Numbered from the stretch's first letter, positions 27,921 to 39,287 are shown. The stretch: 64,000 bases of DNA from an uncultured Actinomycetota bacterium (GCA_963791365.1 CAWBSG010000008.1:149950-213949), one strand, 5' to 3'. Numbers and translations: made by a program. The notes: generated from the sequence alone by a model not told the origin.

Positions 27921-28724
27921 CTACACGTCGTACGAGAGGGCGAGCGCGGCCGCCAGGGCTTCCGGGTCGGCGACGGAGATCGTGGCGCCGGGGTGGGTGA
28001 TCGTCGCGGTCGGGTCGATCGCAGGGACCGGCTCGTGGAACCGCAGGCAGATCGCTCGGTCGCCGTTGCTCGTGAAGGAGACGCCGCGGTCGGTGAAGGA
28101 CAGGTGGGGCGGGCCGGCGGTCTTGGCGAAGGAGAAGCCACCGGTGACCTCGGCCGAGGCGATGTTGCTCCGTGGGGTGAGCAGGCGCCACGGTCCGTAG
28201 CGCACGTAGAGCCAGTGTGTGCTGAGCTCGACCGACGAGCTGCGGCGGGTGATCCCGAACGGGCGGGCGGCGACGGCGTACGGCCGGGTGAAGGCGAAGT
28301 CGAAGGCCTGGACGGGATCGTCGTCGCCACCGAGGCCGCTGCGGTCGCGGACCAGCCCGCGCAGGGCGGCCGCCGCCGGGACGCGGTAGGGCTGGAGCAG
28401 GGGAGCGGAGCGTCCGGGCACCCGGAGGAAGGCACGGCTGCCGCCGCCGACCGCGGGTACGACGTGGTGGTCCATGGTGACCTCGGCAGGACCGCGGCCC
28501 GCGCGCCACGACCACGTGCGCCGAGTGGGATCGACTCCGGTCACCTCGAAGTCGACCGCGACGCCGGGTGGACCGTGCACGCGACCGGTGGTGCCGACGG
28601 CCAGCTCGTCCTCGGACGACTCGACCGAGCGGATCAGCGGTGCCCAGACCGACCAGGTGGCGGGGGTGGTGAAGCGGAGCCAGGCCTCGTCCGCCGAGGC
28701 GATCCCGCGTGATTCGACGAGCAT
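27921..28724 (-). CDS. hypothetical protein, SRPBCC-like N-terminus plus uncharacterised C-terminal domain
   Basis: Clean ORF with good GC3. The weak SRPBCC-like N-terminus is judged by eye only. Confidence 0.5.
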   Translation of the reverse strand: MLVESRGIASADEAWLRFTTPATWSVWAPLIRSVESSEDELAVGTTGRVHGPPGVAVDFEVTGVDPTRRTWSWRAGRGPAEVTMDHHVVPAVGGGSRAFLRVPGRSAPLLQPYRVPAAAALRGLVRDRSGLGGDDDPVQAFDFAFTRPYAVAARPFGITRRSSSVELSTHWLYVRYGPWRLLTPRSNIASAEVTGGFSFAKTAGPPHLSFTDRGVSFTSNGDRAICLRFHEPVPAIDPTATITHPGATISVADPEALAAALALSYDV

Positions 28725-28844
28725 GGCTCGATCCTGTCAGTCACTCGCACGCCAGCAAAAGCCCCACCCCATCCCGACGGGGGTGCGTCGTCACACTCGC
28801 GGGCGGCGGTGCGTCGTACTGGCAGGATTGCCACCAGCCACGGG

Positions 28845-28876
28845 ACAGTCGCCACAGCACAGTCGCCACAGCACAG
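28845..28876 (+). repeat. tandem 14-bp direct repeat (ACAGTCGCCACAGC x2 plus ACAG) in the uvrA-paralog leader
   Basis: Seen directly, immediately upstream of SD GGGGAGAG and ATG 28894. Confidence 0.7.
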
Positions 28877-28893
28877 GGGAGAGACGCACGAGC

Positions 28894-31257
<2,364 letters not shown>

Positions 31258-31288
31258 CGCCTCCCCTCGGGGTGCGAGACTCGTCCCC

Positions 31289-32194
31289 GTGACCCGCACC
31301 AGCCTCCGGGACGCCATCGTCGAGCGTCCCGTCGTCCTCGACGGCGGCCTCGCGACCCTGCTCGAGCGGCACGGCCACGACCTGTCGTCGGACCTCTGGT
31401 CGGCACGGCTGCTGCGCGACGACCCGGCGGCGATCGAGCGGGCCCACAGGGAGTTCTTCACCGCGGGCGCAGAGGTCGCCACGACGGCGTCGTACCAGGT
31501 CTCCTTCGAGGGCTTCGGCGCCGATGGGGTCGAGCGGGACGAGGTGGAGCGGCTGCTGCGGCGCAGCGTCGAGCTGGCCGCCGCCGCCCGCGACGCCGTC
31601 GCTCCCGACAGCTGGGTGGCGGCCTCGGTCGGGCCCTACGGAGCGGTGCTGGCCGACGGCTCGGAGTACCGCGGCGACTACGACCTGGACGTCGCCGGGC
31701 TCCGCGCGTTCCACCGGCCCCGCCTCGACGTCCTGGCCTCGACCGTCGGCGACGGAGCCGACGTGCTCGCGATCGAGACGATCCCGTGCCTGGCCGAGGT
31801 CGAGGCGGTGCTGGCCGAGCTCGACGGGACGGGGGTGCCGGCCTGGCTGTCCCTGACCGCGGCGGACGGCCGGACGCGCCGGGGCGAGCACCTGGGGGAG
31901 GCGTTCGCCATGGCCGCGGACGTCGCCGAGGTGATCGCCGTCGGCGTCAACTGCACCTCACCGGTCGACGCGCGCGACGCCGCACCGCTGGCGGGTGCGA
32001 CCTACGGCACCGCCGTCGTCTACCCCAACTCGGGGCAGTCGTGGAACGCCGTGACGCGCGAGTGGGAGGGACCCTCGGCCTTCCACGCCGACGACGTCGC
32101 AGCCTGGGTCCAGGCGGGGGCACGGCTGGTCGGCGGCTGCTGTCGCGTCGGACCGGAGGACATCGCGTCGCTGCGGGCCACACTCGGCTCGTGA
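31289..32194 (+). CDS. mmuM: homocysteine S-methyltransferase
   Basis: LDGGLATLLE, GVNCTSP and GGCCRVGPEDI motifs. Confidence 0.85.
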   Translation: MTRTSLRDAIVERPVVLDGGLATLLERHGHDLSSDLWSARLLRDDPAAIERAHREFFTAGAEVATTASYQVSFEGFGADGVERDEVERLLRRSVELAAAARDAVAPDSWVAASVGPYGAVLADGSEYRGDYDLDVAGLRAFHRPRLDVLASTVGDGADVLAIETIPCLAEVEAVLAELDGTGVPAWLSLTAADGRTRRGEHLGEAFAMAADVAEVIAVGVNCTSPVDARDAAPLAGATYGTAVVYPNSGQSWNAVTREWEGPSAFHADDVAAWVQAGARLVGGCCRVGPEDIASLRATLGS

Positions 32195-32246
32195 GCCGTG
32201 ACGCCGGCGAGTGGTCGCGGCCGCCGACGAGGAGTCACCCGCCTGC

Positions 32247-34422
32247 TCATGACGTCAGCACGACCAGCCGCTGCGTGGCCCGGGTCATCGCCACGTAACG
32301 GTCGACCGCGCCGGTGACGCCCTCGCCGAACCGCTCGGGGTCGACCAGCACCACCAGATCGAACTCGAGGCCCTTGGCGAGCTCGGGAGTGAGGGAGCGG
32401 ACGCGGCGCGAGCCGTCGTACGTCGGATCGCCGATGACCACGGCGACGCCCTCGACGTGCGCCGCCAGCCAGTCCTCGATGATCGCGTCGCGCTCGGACG
32501 CGAGTGGAGTGGAGCACCGGGACTCCGCTCTCGCGGATCGAGGTCGGCACGTTGGCCTCGGGCAGCACGGCGCGGATGACGGGCTCGGCCTCGGCCATCA
32601 CCTCGGCGGGCGTGCGGTAGTTCACCGTCAGCGGGGCCACTGTCGCACCCGGCAGGCCGATGCGCGCAAGGCGCTCGGTCCACGACTCGGCGAACCCGTG
32701 CCGGGCCTGGGCGCGGTCGCCGACGATCGTGAGGCTGCGGGACGGGCAGCGACGCAGCAGCATCTGCCACTCCGCATCGGTGAGCTCCTGCGCCTCGTCG
32801 ACCACGATGTGCGCGAACGGACCGGCGAGCAGGTCGGCGTCGCCCGACGGCAACGCCGCGTCGTCGACGAGCGCGGTCCTCAGGTCGTCGTGCACCAGCA
32901 TCGACACCAGGCCGTCCCCGAACTCGTCGGCGCCGCCCTCACGGGCCGTGGTGCGGAGGTCGTCGATCACGTCGGACATCCGTGCCTGCTCGCGCGCCTC
33001 GGCTGCCTGCCTACGGCGACGCCGCCGCGACGCCTCCGGATCGCCGAGCCGCAGGCGCGCGGCGTCGAGCAGCGGCAGGTCGGCGTACGTCCAGGCCTCG
33101 GGGTCCGGGCGACGCAGCGCCTGCACCTCGTCGGGCCCCAACCACGGCGCGCAGCGGCGGAGGTAGGCGGGGACGGTCCAGAGGTCCCCGACGAGGTCGG
33201 TGTGCTCGATGAGGGGCCAGGCGCGGTCGAAGGCGTCGCGCAGCCCGCGGTGCCGGCCGAGGACCGTCGTGAAGTCCTCGGCGGACAGCTCGTCGGAGTC
33301 GAGCTTGTCGGCAAGGATCGTCAGGACTGCCTCCCACACGTCGTCGCGGGCCAGGTTGTGGGGCATGCCGGGGTCGGGGGAGTCGAAGGCCTCGGCCCAC
33401 TCGGCGGCGGTGATCACGACGTCGCCCCACGGCGTCTCGACGAGCATCGGCTCGGTGGGCGGCTCCTCGTAGAGCCCGACGGCGGGCTCGATCGCGGCGA
33501 CCATCCGGACGTCGGCCTTGAGCGCGGCGACCCGGTCGTCGGCCTCGGCGACGGCAGCAGCAGACTCCGGCACCAGGTCGCGGATCGTGCAGGTCTGCAC
33601 GCCCTCCTCGCCGAGGCTGGGGAGGACGTCGCCGACGTAGGCGAGGTAGGGCTGGTGGGGGCCGACGAACAGCACGCCGCCGCGCCGGTGGCCCAGCCGG
33701 GGGTCGGCGTACAGCAGGTAGGCGGTGCGGTGCAGCGCGACGACCGTCTTGCCCGTCCCGGGGCCGCCGTCGACGACGAGCGCGCCGCGGGATCCCGCGC
33801 GGACGATGGCGTCCTGGTCGGCCTGGATGGTGCCGAGCACGTCGCGCATCCGCGGCGTCCGGCTACCGCCGAGGGTGGCGATGAAGGCGGACTGGTCGTC
33901 GAGTGCCGCGGTGTGGGCGAGCCCCTCCTCGGTGAAGGCCTCGTCCCAGTAGTCGACGATCCGTCCGTTGGTCCAGCGGTAGCGACGCCGGCTGACGAGC
34001 CCGTGCGGCCGCGCGTGGGTGGCGGCGAAGAACGGCTCGGCGGCGGGCGAGCGCCAGTCGACGAGCAGCCGGCGCCCGTCGGCGTCGGAGAGGCCGAAGC
34101 GGCCGATGTACGCGGGTTCCGAGCCGCCCTCGTGGACGATCCTGCCGAGGCAGAGGTCGAGGTCGAAGCGCCTGAGGGCGCGCAGGCGGGCGGTCAGCCG
34201 GTGCACCTCCTGGTCGCGCTCGAGGGCGGCCGTTCCGTAGCGGGCCGGTCTCGTCCTGGTCTCGGCCAGGCTCTGCTCGAGGTCGGCGATCGCGTGCTCG
34301 AGGCTGGTCGCGATGGCCGCGAAGTGCGCGCGGTCGGTGTCGATGAGGGTCGGGTCGTGCTTGGCGGAGAGGGTGTCGGGCAGGGCGAAGGGTGCGGTGT
34401 CGTACGTCGTGTTCTCCTGCAT
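32247..34422 (-). pseudogene. helR: HelD/HelR-type RNA polymerase-associated helicase-like ATPase, interrupted by a +1 frameshift near 32503-32515
   Basis: The N-terminal 640 aa (track ORF 32020..34425) match my memory of actinobacterial HelR (YIGRFGLSDADGRRLLVDWRSPAAEPFF; DGGPGTGKT; VVDEAQE). After ...SGVPVLHS that frame becomes Arg/Pro-rich junk overlapping mmuM. The true C-terminus (SERDAIIEDWLAAHVEGVAVVIGDP...KGLEFDLVVLV...YVAMTRATQRLVVLTS) is in the next frame, ending at 32247. Confidence 0.8.
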
Positions 34423-34448
34423 CACGCCGTGCAGTGTGAAGGACCACC

Positions 34449-34470
34449 GGGGTCTTGCGGCAAGCCCCCC
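34449..34470. promoter_or_regulatory. rifamycin-associated-element (RAE)-like palindrome GGGGTCTTGCGGCAAGCCCCCC
   Basis: GC-clamped inverted repeat with a CTTGCGGCAAG core, 27 nt upstream of the helR ATG. Matches my recollection of the 19-bp RAE found upstream of rifamycin resistance genes in actinomycetes. Confidence 0.6.
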
Positions 34471-34612
34471 GATGGCCTATACGTTGAGAGTGGAGGCGGG
34501 CGTCGGGTCGGCGCCGATCGACGCCGGGGGCGAGGTCGTCGCCTCGACCGTCGGGACCGACCAGGTGCGGCGGCTCGGCTGACCGGACCCCGGCCGGTGG
34601 GAGACTGACGCT

Positions 34613-35851
34613 GTGAGCGACGGCGGGGTCTTCATCTCGCGATCGTTCTCGTACTACTGGCGGGCCGATGCGGTGTCGACGCTCGGGACGTACGTCACCC
34701 TCTTCGCACTCCAGGCCCTCGTGGTCCTCACGCTCGACGGCACCGCGTCGGACGTGGGCTGGCTGAACGCGTCGCGGTGGCTGCCCTACCTCGTGTTCGG
34801 CCTGGTGGTGGGTGCACTCGTCGACGGCAGGCGCCGGCTCCCGCTGATGATCGGCACCGACCTCGTCCAGGCGGTGCTGCTGCTGCTCGTGCCGCTCCTG
34901 TGGTGGCTCGACGCGCTGTCGCTGGGCACCCTCATGGTGATCGTCTTCGCCTACGGCACCGCCGCCGTGGTCAACATGGCCGCGACGATGTCGTTCCTGC
35001 CGCGACTGGTCGCGCCGTCCCAGCTGCAGCCGGCCCACGCCCGGGTCGACGGTGCGGACGCCGTCGGTTCGATGGCCGGCCCGGCGCTCGGCGGCCTCCT
35101 CGTCAGCACGATCGGTGCCCCGTTCGCCGTGCTGGTCGACTCACTCACCTATCTCTACTCGGCGATCACGCTGCGCCGGATCCGCGTGGACGAGCCGCCG
35201 ACCCGCCTGGGGGTCACGGTGCGTGGCCTCCTGGCCGATGTCGTCGAGGGCATGCGCTGGGCCTACGGCCGATCGGGCCTGCGGACGCTGGCGATCGCCA
35301 CGCACGGCTGGTTCGTCGGCAGCGCGATCGTCGGCGTGGTGCTGGCGCCGTACGCCTTCCTCACCCTCGACCTCACCGCCGTCCAGTTCGGCCTCGTCGG
35401 AGCCGTCGGGGGAGTCGGGGCGGTCGTCGGGACGACGATCACGACCGCCGTCGGCAGGTGGCTCGGGACCGGCCGCACGATCATCCTGTGCCACTCGATC
35501 ATCACGTGCGGCGTCCTCGTGATGGTGCTCGCGGGCGTACCGGACTCTCGCGCGGCAGCCATCGCGCTGCTGATGCTCGGGCAGGGGCTGTACGGACTCG
35601 CGATGGGCATGAGCAACTCCCACGAGATGAGCTATCGCCAGCTCGTCACGCCGGACGAGCTGCAGGCCCGCACCAACACCACGCTGCGCTCGATCAACCG
35701 CGCAGTGATCGTCGTCGTCGCGCCGATCGCCGGCATCCTCGCCGACGCGGTCGGCATCCGGCCGATGCTGGTGGTCGCGGCGGTGGTGTTCGCGCTGGTG
35801 GCGATCGGGTTGGCCATCAGTCCGTTCCGACATGTGCGTGCGCCGATCTGA
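34613..35851 (+). CDS. MFS transporter (EntS/MFS_3-like efflux family)
   Basis: About 12 TM segments and FSYYWRADAVSTLG...LVVGALVDGRRRLPLM, typical of this family. Divergent from helR. Confidence 0.85.
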   Translation: MSDGGVFISRSFSYYWRADAVSTLGTYVTLFALQALVVLTLDGTASDVGWLNASRWLPYLVFGLVVGALVDGRRRLPLMIGTDLVQAVLLLLVPLLWWLDALSLGTLMVIVFAYGTAAVVNMAATMSFLPRLVAPSQLQPAHARVDGADAVGSMAGPALGGLLVSTIGAPFAVLVDSLTYLYSAITLRRIRVDEPPTRLGVTVRGLLADVVEGMRWAYGRSGLRTLAIATHGWFVGSAIVGVVLAPYAFLTLDLTAVQFGLVGAVGGVGAVVGTTITTAVGRWLGTGRTIILCHSIITCGVLVMVLAGVPDSRAAAIALLMLGQGLYGLAMGMSNSHEMSYRQLVTPDELQARTNTTLRSINRAVIVVVAPIAGILADAVGIRPMLVVAAVVFALVAIGLAISPFRHVRAPI

Positions 35852-35893
35852 CGTCGCAGGGGCATCTGATACCAAAGTGGTACCATTCGATTC

Positions 35894-36097
35894 ATGGCCA
35901 TGACACTGCGCTTGAGCGAGGACGACGAGAAGGTACTTGCCGAGCTTGCCGAGCTTGACGGGATCAGCCGGCAGGAGGCAACTGTCCGCGCCATTCGGGA
36001 GGCGGCTGCACGCCGTGGTCACGAGAGTGCTGTGCGTGACGCGTCGGCCAAGGCCAGGGACCGGTACTCGGACGTCCTGCGCAGGCTGGGGGAGTGA
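35894..36097 (+). CDS. ribbon-helix-helix antitoxin (partner of Doc)
   Basis: A 67-aa product beginning MTLRLSEDDEKVLAELAELDGISRQEATVRAI (RHH). GTGA overlap with the doc start. Confidence 0.75.
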   Translation: MAMTLRLSEDDEKVLAELAELDGISRQEATVRAIREAAARRGHESAVRDASAKARDRYSDVLRRLGE

Positions 36098-36468
36098 CCC
36101 AGCATCTGACGCTGGATGATCTGCTCGTCCTGGTCGAGGACCTCGAGATCGGCCCCGTCCGCGACCCGGGACTCTTGGCGTCTGCAGCCCACAGGCCCAC
36201 CACCACGCTCTGGGGTCGCGAGGCATACCCAACCCTCGACGAGAAGGCAGCAGCGTTGATGCACTCGCTGGTTGCGAATCACGCACTGGTGGACGGCAAC
36301 AAGAGGCTCGGTTGGCTCGCGGTCGTCGTGTTCTACGCGCTGAACGGTTCGGACCTCGAAGCACCGGACGACGACGCGTACGACTTCGTGATCTCGGTCG
36401 CCGATGGCACTCGCTCCGAGGTTGCTGACATCGCGCAGCAACTCCACCTGTGGAGTCGACCGCTCTGA
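36094..36468 (+). CDS. doc: type II toxin, Doc (death-on-curing) / Fic family
   Basis: Fic-type motif HALVDGNKRLG in a 124-aa protein. Confidence 0.85.
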   Translation: MTQHLTLDDLLVLVEDLEIGPVRDPGLLASAAHRPTTTLWGREAYPTLDEKAAALMHSLVANHALVDGNKRLGWLAVVVFYALNGSDLEAPDDDAYDFVISVADGTRSEVADIAQQLHLWSRPL

Positions 36469-36830
36469 TGCCAGCCCAGCTGCGCTTCGTCCTGCACGAC
36501 CACCGGAAGCCGAGCCCGCACTTCGACCTGCGGCTCGAGGAGGACGGCGTCCTGCGCAGCTGGGCGGTGCCGAAGGGCCTGCCCGAGGACCCGGCACGCG
36601 ACCGGCTGGCCATCGCCGTCGACGATCACGAGCTCGACCACATCGACTTCGAGGACGAGCACAAGTCCATCGCCGACACCGGCACGTGGCAGGAGCACGA
36701 CCGGAACGAGCGACGCCTGGTGTTCACGCTCCACGGTCGCGCCGGCGCTCGTCGGTACGCCTTGATCCACACCGGTGGCACTCAGTGGCTGCTGCACCTG
36801 ACCAAGGACCAGAGCGTCAACGTGGGTTGA
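36468..36830 (+). CDS. stand-alone DNA ligase D 3'-phosphoesterase (PE) domain protein
   Basis: LRFVLHDHRKPSPHFDLRLEEDGVLRSWAVPKGLPEDP...LAIAVDDHELDH matches the LigD PE core (H..H.D.R and DH motifs). TGATG junction with the doc stop. Confidence 0.8.
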   Translation: MPAQLRFVLHDHRKPSPHFDLRLEEDGVLRSWAVPKGLPEDPARDRLAIAVDDHELDHIDFEDEHKSIADTGTWQEHDRNERRLVFTLHGRAGARRYALIHTGGTQWLLHLTKDQSVNVG

Positions 36831-36843
36831 CAGAACTGTCGAT

Positions 36844-36861
36844 CGTCAATCAAGATTGACG
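36844..36861. promoter_or_regulatory. perfect 8-2-8 palindrome CGTCAATC-AA-GATTGACG
   Basis: Seen directly. It abuts GTG 36864 of the small HTH gene and is a candidate operator. Confidence 0.3.
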
Positions 36862-36863
36862 TC

Positions 36864-37073
36864 GTGAGAACTGCCGTGGACGCCGAGGAGCCAGGGGAGG
36901 AGAGCCCCCTGACGGAGCTGATGCGGATCGCGCGCGCCAAGCACGAGCTGGCCGCGGCCGAGGCGGTGGCCGTACGCCGGGCCCGGATCCACGGCTACAG
37001 CTGGGCGGAGATCGGCACCATGCTGGGCGTCAGCAAGCAGGCCATGCACAAGAAGTACGGCAAGTTCGCGTGA
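36864..37073 (+). CDS. small helix-turn-helix protein
   Basis: C-terminal HTH GYSWAEIGTMLGVSKQAMHKKYG. The start is uncertain: GTG 36864 or the internal ATG at MRIARAK. Confidence 0.6.
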   Translation: MRTAVDAEEPGEESPLTELMRIARAKHELAAAEAVAVRRARIHGYSWAEIGTMLGVSKQAMHKKYGKFA

Positions 37074-37625
37074 GCCCGGCGCCCGACCGCGGCTGGCTCG
37101 ACCTGCTGCGCACACAGACCGAGGGTCGCCGAGGTCGTCGAGCACGGCGACCCGACCCGGGAGATCACGTCGCCCGGGATGGCAGGTGACCTGACCGACC
37201 ACCTGGGCGGCGTGCACCAGTGGGCCGCCCATGCCGTCGTCGAGGGCGACCCCAGCCTCGAGCCCGAGCGGCGCCGGCCGAGGCGGCAGGGCTGGCCGCC
37301 TGGACGCGCACGCCCCGCCCTCATCGACGTCCGCTCGCCCGGCGAGCGCCCGCCTGGACACTGGATCGCGACGACCGGACTGCCGGCGGCTGCGCAGTCC
37401 AGAGGTCACTGCACCTCTGGGACGCCAGCACGCCCTGGGCCGGCGCGGCCGATCGAGGGCGCCTGGGACAGCGTGGCGGAGGTCCATCCTCCCCGGGGTG
37501 CCTCGGCGAAGACACCTGACAGCCTCCGGCTGACACTCGGCGAGAGCACCGTCATCGGCGACGGGGATGCGTCGACGTCGTCGCTCCGCGGAGTCCGAGG
37601 ACGCGGGCACGCGGCCGCGAGATGA
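37070..37625 (+). pseudogene. decayed DinB / mycothiol-dependent maleylpyruvate isomerase family gene (multiple frameshifts)
   Basis: Family-like peptides are scattered over all three + frames: WLDLLRTQTE (frame of GTG 37070), AEVVEHGDPTREITSPGMAGDLTDHLGGVHQWAAHAVVEGDP (track ORF 37179) and AVQRSLHLWDAS (track ORF 37220). No single intact ORF exists. Confidence 0.4.
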
Positions 37626-37703
37626 CTCCCCGCGTGTCCGGAGCGGTGGCACCGTGAGGGGCAGCCCCGGAAGGGGTCTGGACTAGTTCGCCGATAACTG
37701 ACA

Positions 37704-38339
37704 TTATGTCAGATTGTTCGTGCGATGGCGTCTCCTCAGCTCCCCCGCGCCCGGGCCGTCGAGCTCATCGAGGACGACCGCCCTGCCCGTGATGCCCAGC
37801 GCCAGCGCCTCGCTCGTGCCGACCACCTCCGGGCCCTTGCCCCAGGCCCAGTCCTGGTCCGACGCCCGGAACGACAGGCCGTCGACCATCCCGAGCCTGA
37901 CGTGCCCGTGCGCCTTGCGCGTGGGCAACCAGTCGAGCACCGTGCGCCAGTGGTCCAGGCCGACGTCGTCGGCCAGGCCCAGCGGCCGTGCGCAGTCGCG
38001 CAGGTGGATGCTCGTGTCCGTCAGCTGACCCATGGGTCGTGGCCCACCGGAGTCGGCGTGCCGCCGCAGCTCGTCCGCCAGCTCGGCGACCGGACGCTCC
38101 GCGAACCGGACGGCGGTCGCGACGCTGGCGCGGTCGACGGATCCGCGAGAGCGAAGCACCTCGACGGCGAAGCTGCCCAGACCCATCGAGACGGCCATCA
38201 CCAGGTGCCCCAGCACCTCACGGACCGACCAGGCGTCACACAGGCTCTGGGTGTCCAGCTGGGCGTCGTCGAGACCGTCGAAGAAGTCGGCCAGCAGTCG
38301 ACGGTTCGCTGCAGTGGCCACCGCCACGTCGAGGGTCAC
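37704..38339 (-). CDS. DinB-fold / maleylpyruvate isomerase family protein
   Basis: LDDAQLDTQSLCDAWSVREVLGHLV pattern. GTG 38339 is codon 138 of track ORF 37704..38750. GTGA overlap with the upstream gene. Confidence 0.75.
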   Translation of the reverse strand: MTLDVAVATAANRRLLADFFDGLDDAQLDTQSLCDAWSVREVLGHLVMAVSMGLGSFAVEVLRSRGSVDRASVATAVRFAERPVAELADELRRHADSGGPRPMGQLTDTSIHLRDCARPLGLADDVGLDHWRTVLDWLPTRKAHGHVRLGMVDGLSFRASDQDWAWGKGPEVVGTSEALALGITGRAVVLDELDGPGAGELRRRHRTNNLT

Positions 38340-38839
38340 GGTGCCCCGACCCCGGCGATTGCGCGGTAGGCCACGACTGCGTCGGACCACCGCGCCGAAT
38401 CCTCGTCGCGAGCCCGTCCGGCGATGTGCGCGGCGAGATCCTCGGCGTGCACCTGCCAGCCGGCGCCGTACGACGTCACCAGGGCCAACGGGATACCCCG
38501 TTCCTCCACGACCAGCCGCGTGCCGCCGTCGACGGCGGCCAGCCGCACCTCGATGGTCGACGTCTGTTCGGGCGAGTCGTCCTCCCACGTCGAGACCAGC
38601 AGCCGGCTCGGTCGCTCGCACGCCTCGATCCGTCCCGACCCCTCGAAGCCGCTCGTGAAGCGCCCCGAGAACGAGCCGCCCACCACCAGGTCCCCCGACA
38701 CGTCGGCGATCCACCGCGAGAGCCGGTCGGGCTGGGTGCAGGCCTCCCACAGGTCGTCGATGTCGGTGGCGTAGACGTCTTCCACGCGTACGGCTCCCCT
38801 GGCGTCGTCCAGCTGGTGCAGGGTTCCCACGATCTTCAC
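38336..38839 (-). CDS. SRPBCC family protein (AHSA1/START-like)
   Basis: VRVEDVYATDIDDLWEACTQPDRLSRW... is typical of ArsR-linked AHSA1 proteins. GTGA overlap with the arsR stop. Confidence 0.85.
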   Translation of the reverse strand: MKIVGTLHQLDDARGAVRVEDVYATDIDDLWEACTQPDRLSRWIADVSGDLVVGGSFSGRFTSGFEGSGRIEACERPSRLLVSTWEDDSPEQTSTIEVRLAAVDGGTRLVVEERGIPLALVTSYGAGWQVHAEDLAAHIAGRARDEDSARWSDAVVAYRAIAGVGAP

Positions 38840-39168
38840 GAGTGCTCCTTCGTCTGTCGGGCGGACCGTCCGCGCGCGACCTCGGTGTGCAGCGCGTCGA
38901 GGCGGTGCTGCCAGAGCGCCCGGTAGGACTCGAGCCACTCGTCGACCTCGACCAGGGCCTCCGGCCGGAGGCTGTAGATGCGCCGCTGCGCGTCCTGCTC
39001 GACCGACACCAGGCCCGCCTCCCGCAGCACCCTCAGGTGCCTCGAGACGCCCGGCCGCGCGATCGGCAGCGCGTCGGCCAGCTCGGTGACGGTGGCCGGG
39101 TGGTCGCGGAGCATCTCCAGCATCGTGCGCCGGCTCCCGTCCCCCAGCGCCTGCAGAACCGCATCCAT
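38836..39168 (-). CDS. ArsR/SmtB family transcriptional regulator
   Basis: HTH_20: VTELADALPIARPGVSRHLRVLREAGLV. Confidence 0.9.
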   Translation of the reverse strand: MDAVLQALGDGSRRTMLEMLRDHPATVTELADALPIARPGVSRHLRVLREAGLVSVEQDAQRRIYSLRPEALVEVDEWLESYRALWQHRLDALHTEVARGRSARQTKEHS

Positions 39169-39193
39169 GGACCGAGAGTACCCGATCCGTTAC

Positions 39194-39209
39194 GTACCCG
39201 CAAGGGTAC
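39194..39209. promoter_or_regulatory. palindrome GTACCC-GCAA-GGGTAC upstream of arsR (candidate operator)
   Basis: Seen directly, 26 nt upstream of the arsR start. Confidence 0.35.
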
Positions 39210-39287
39210 AAACGTGGCCCTGGGCTGGTGACGTGGAACCCCGGCGCGCAGCGCGGGAGCTGCGGCTCGAGAGGTGACCGGCACGCG

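Noticed and set aside
32020-34425. Treating the 801-aa track ORF as an intact helicase gene.
   Set aside because: The last 130 or so residues are Arg/Pro-rich nonsense overlapping mmuM. The genuine C-terminal helicase motifs lie in the adjacent frame, ending at 32247, so the gene is called as frameshifted.
35852-37703. Calling the Doc/PE/HTH block a mobile element.
   Set aside because: No integrase, transposase, tRNA target or terminal direct repeats are visible. It is described only as a compositionally atypical islet.
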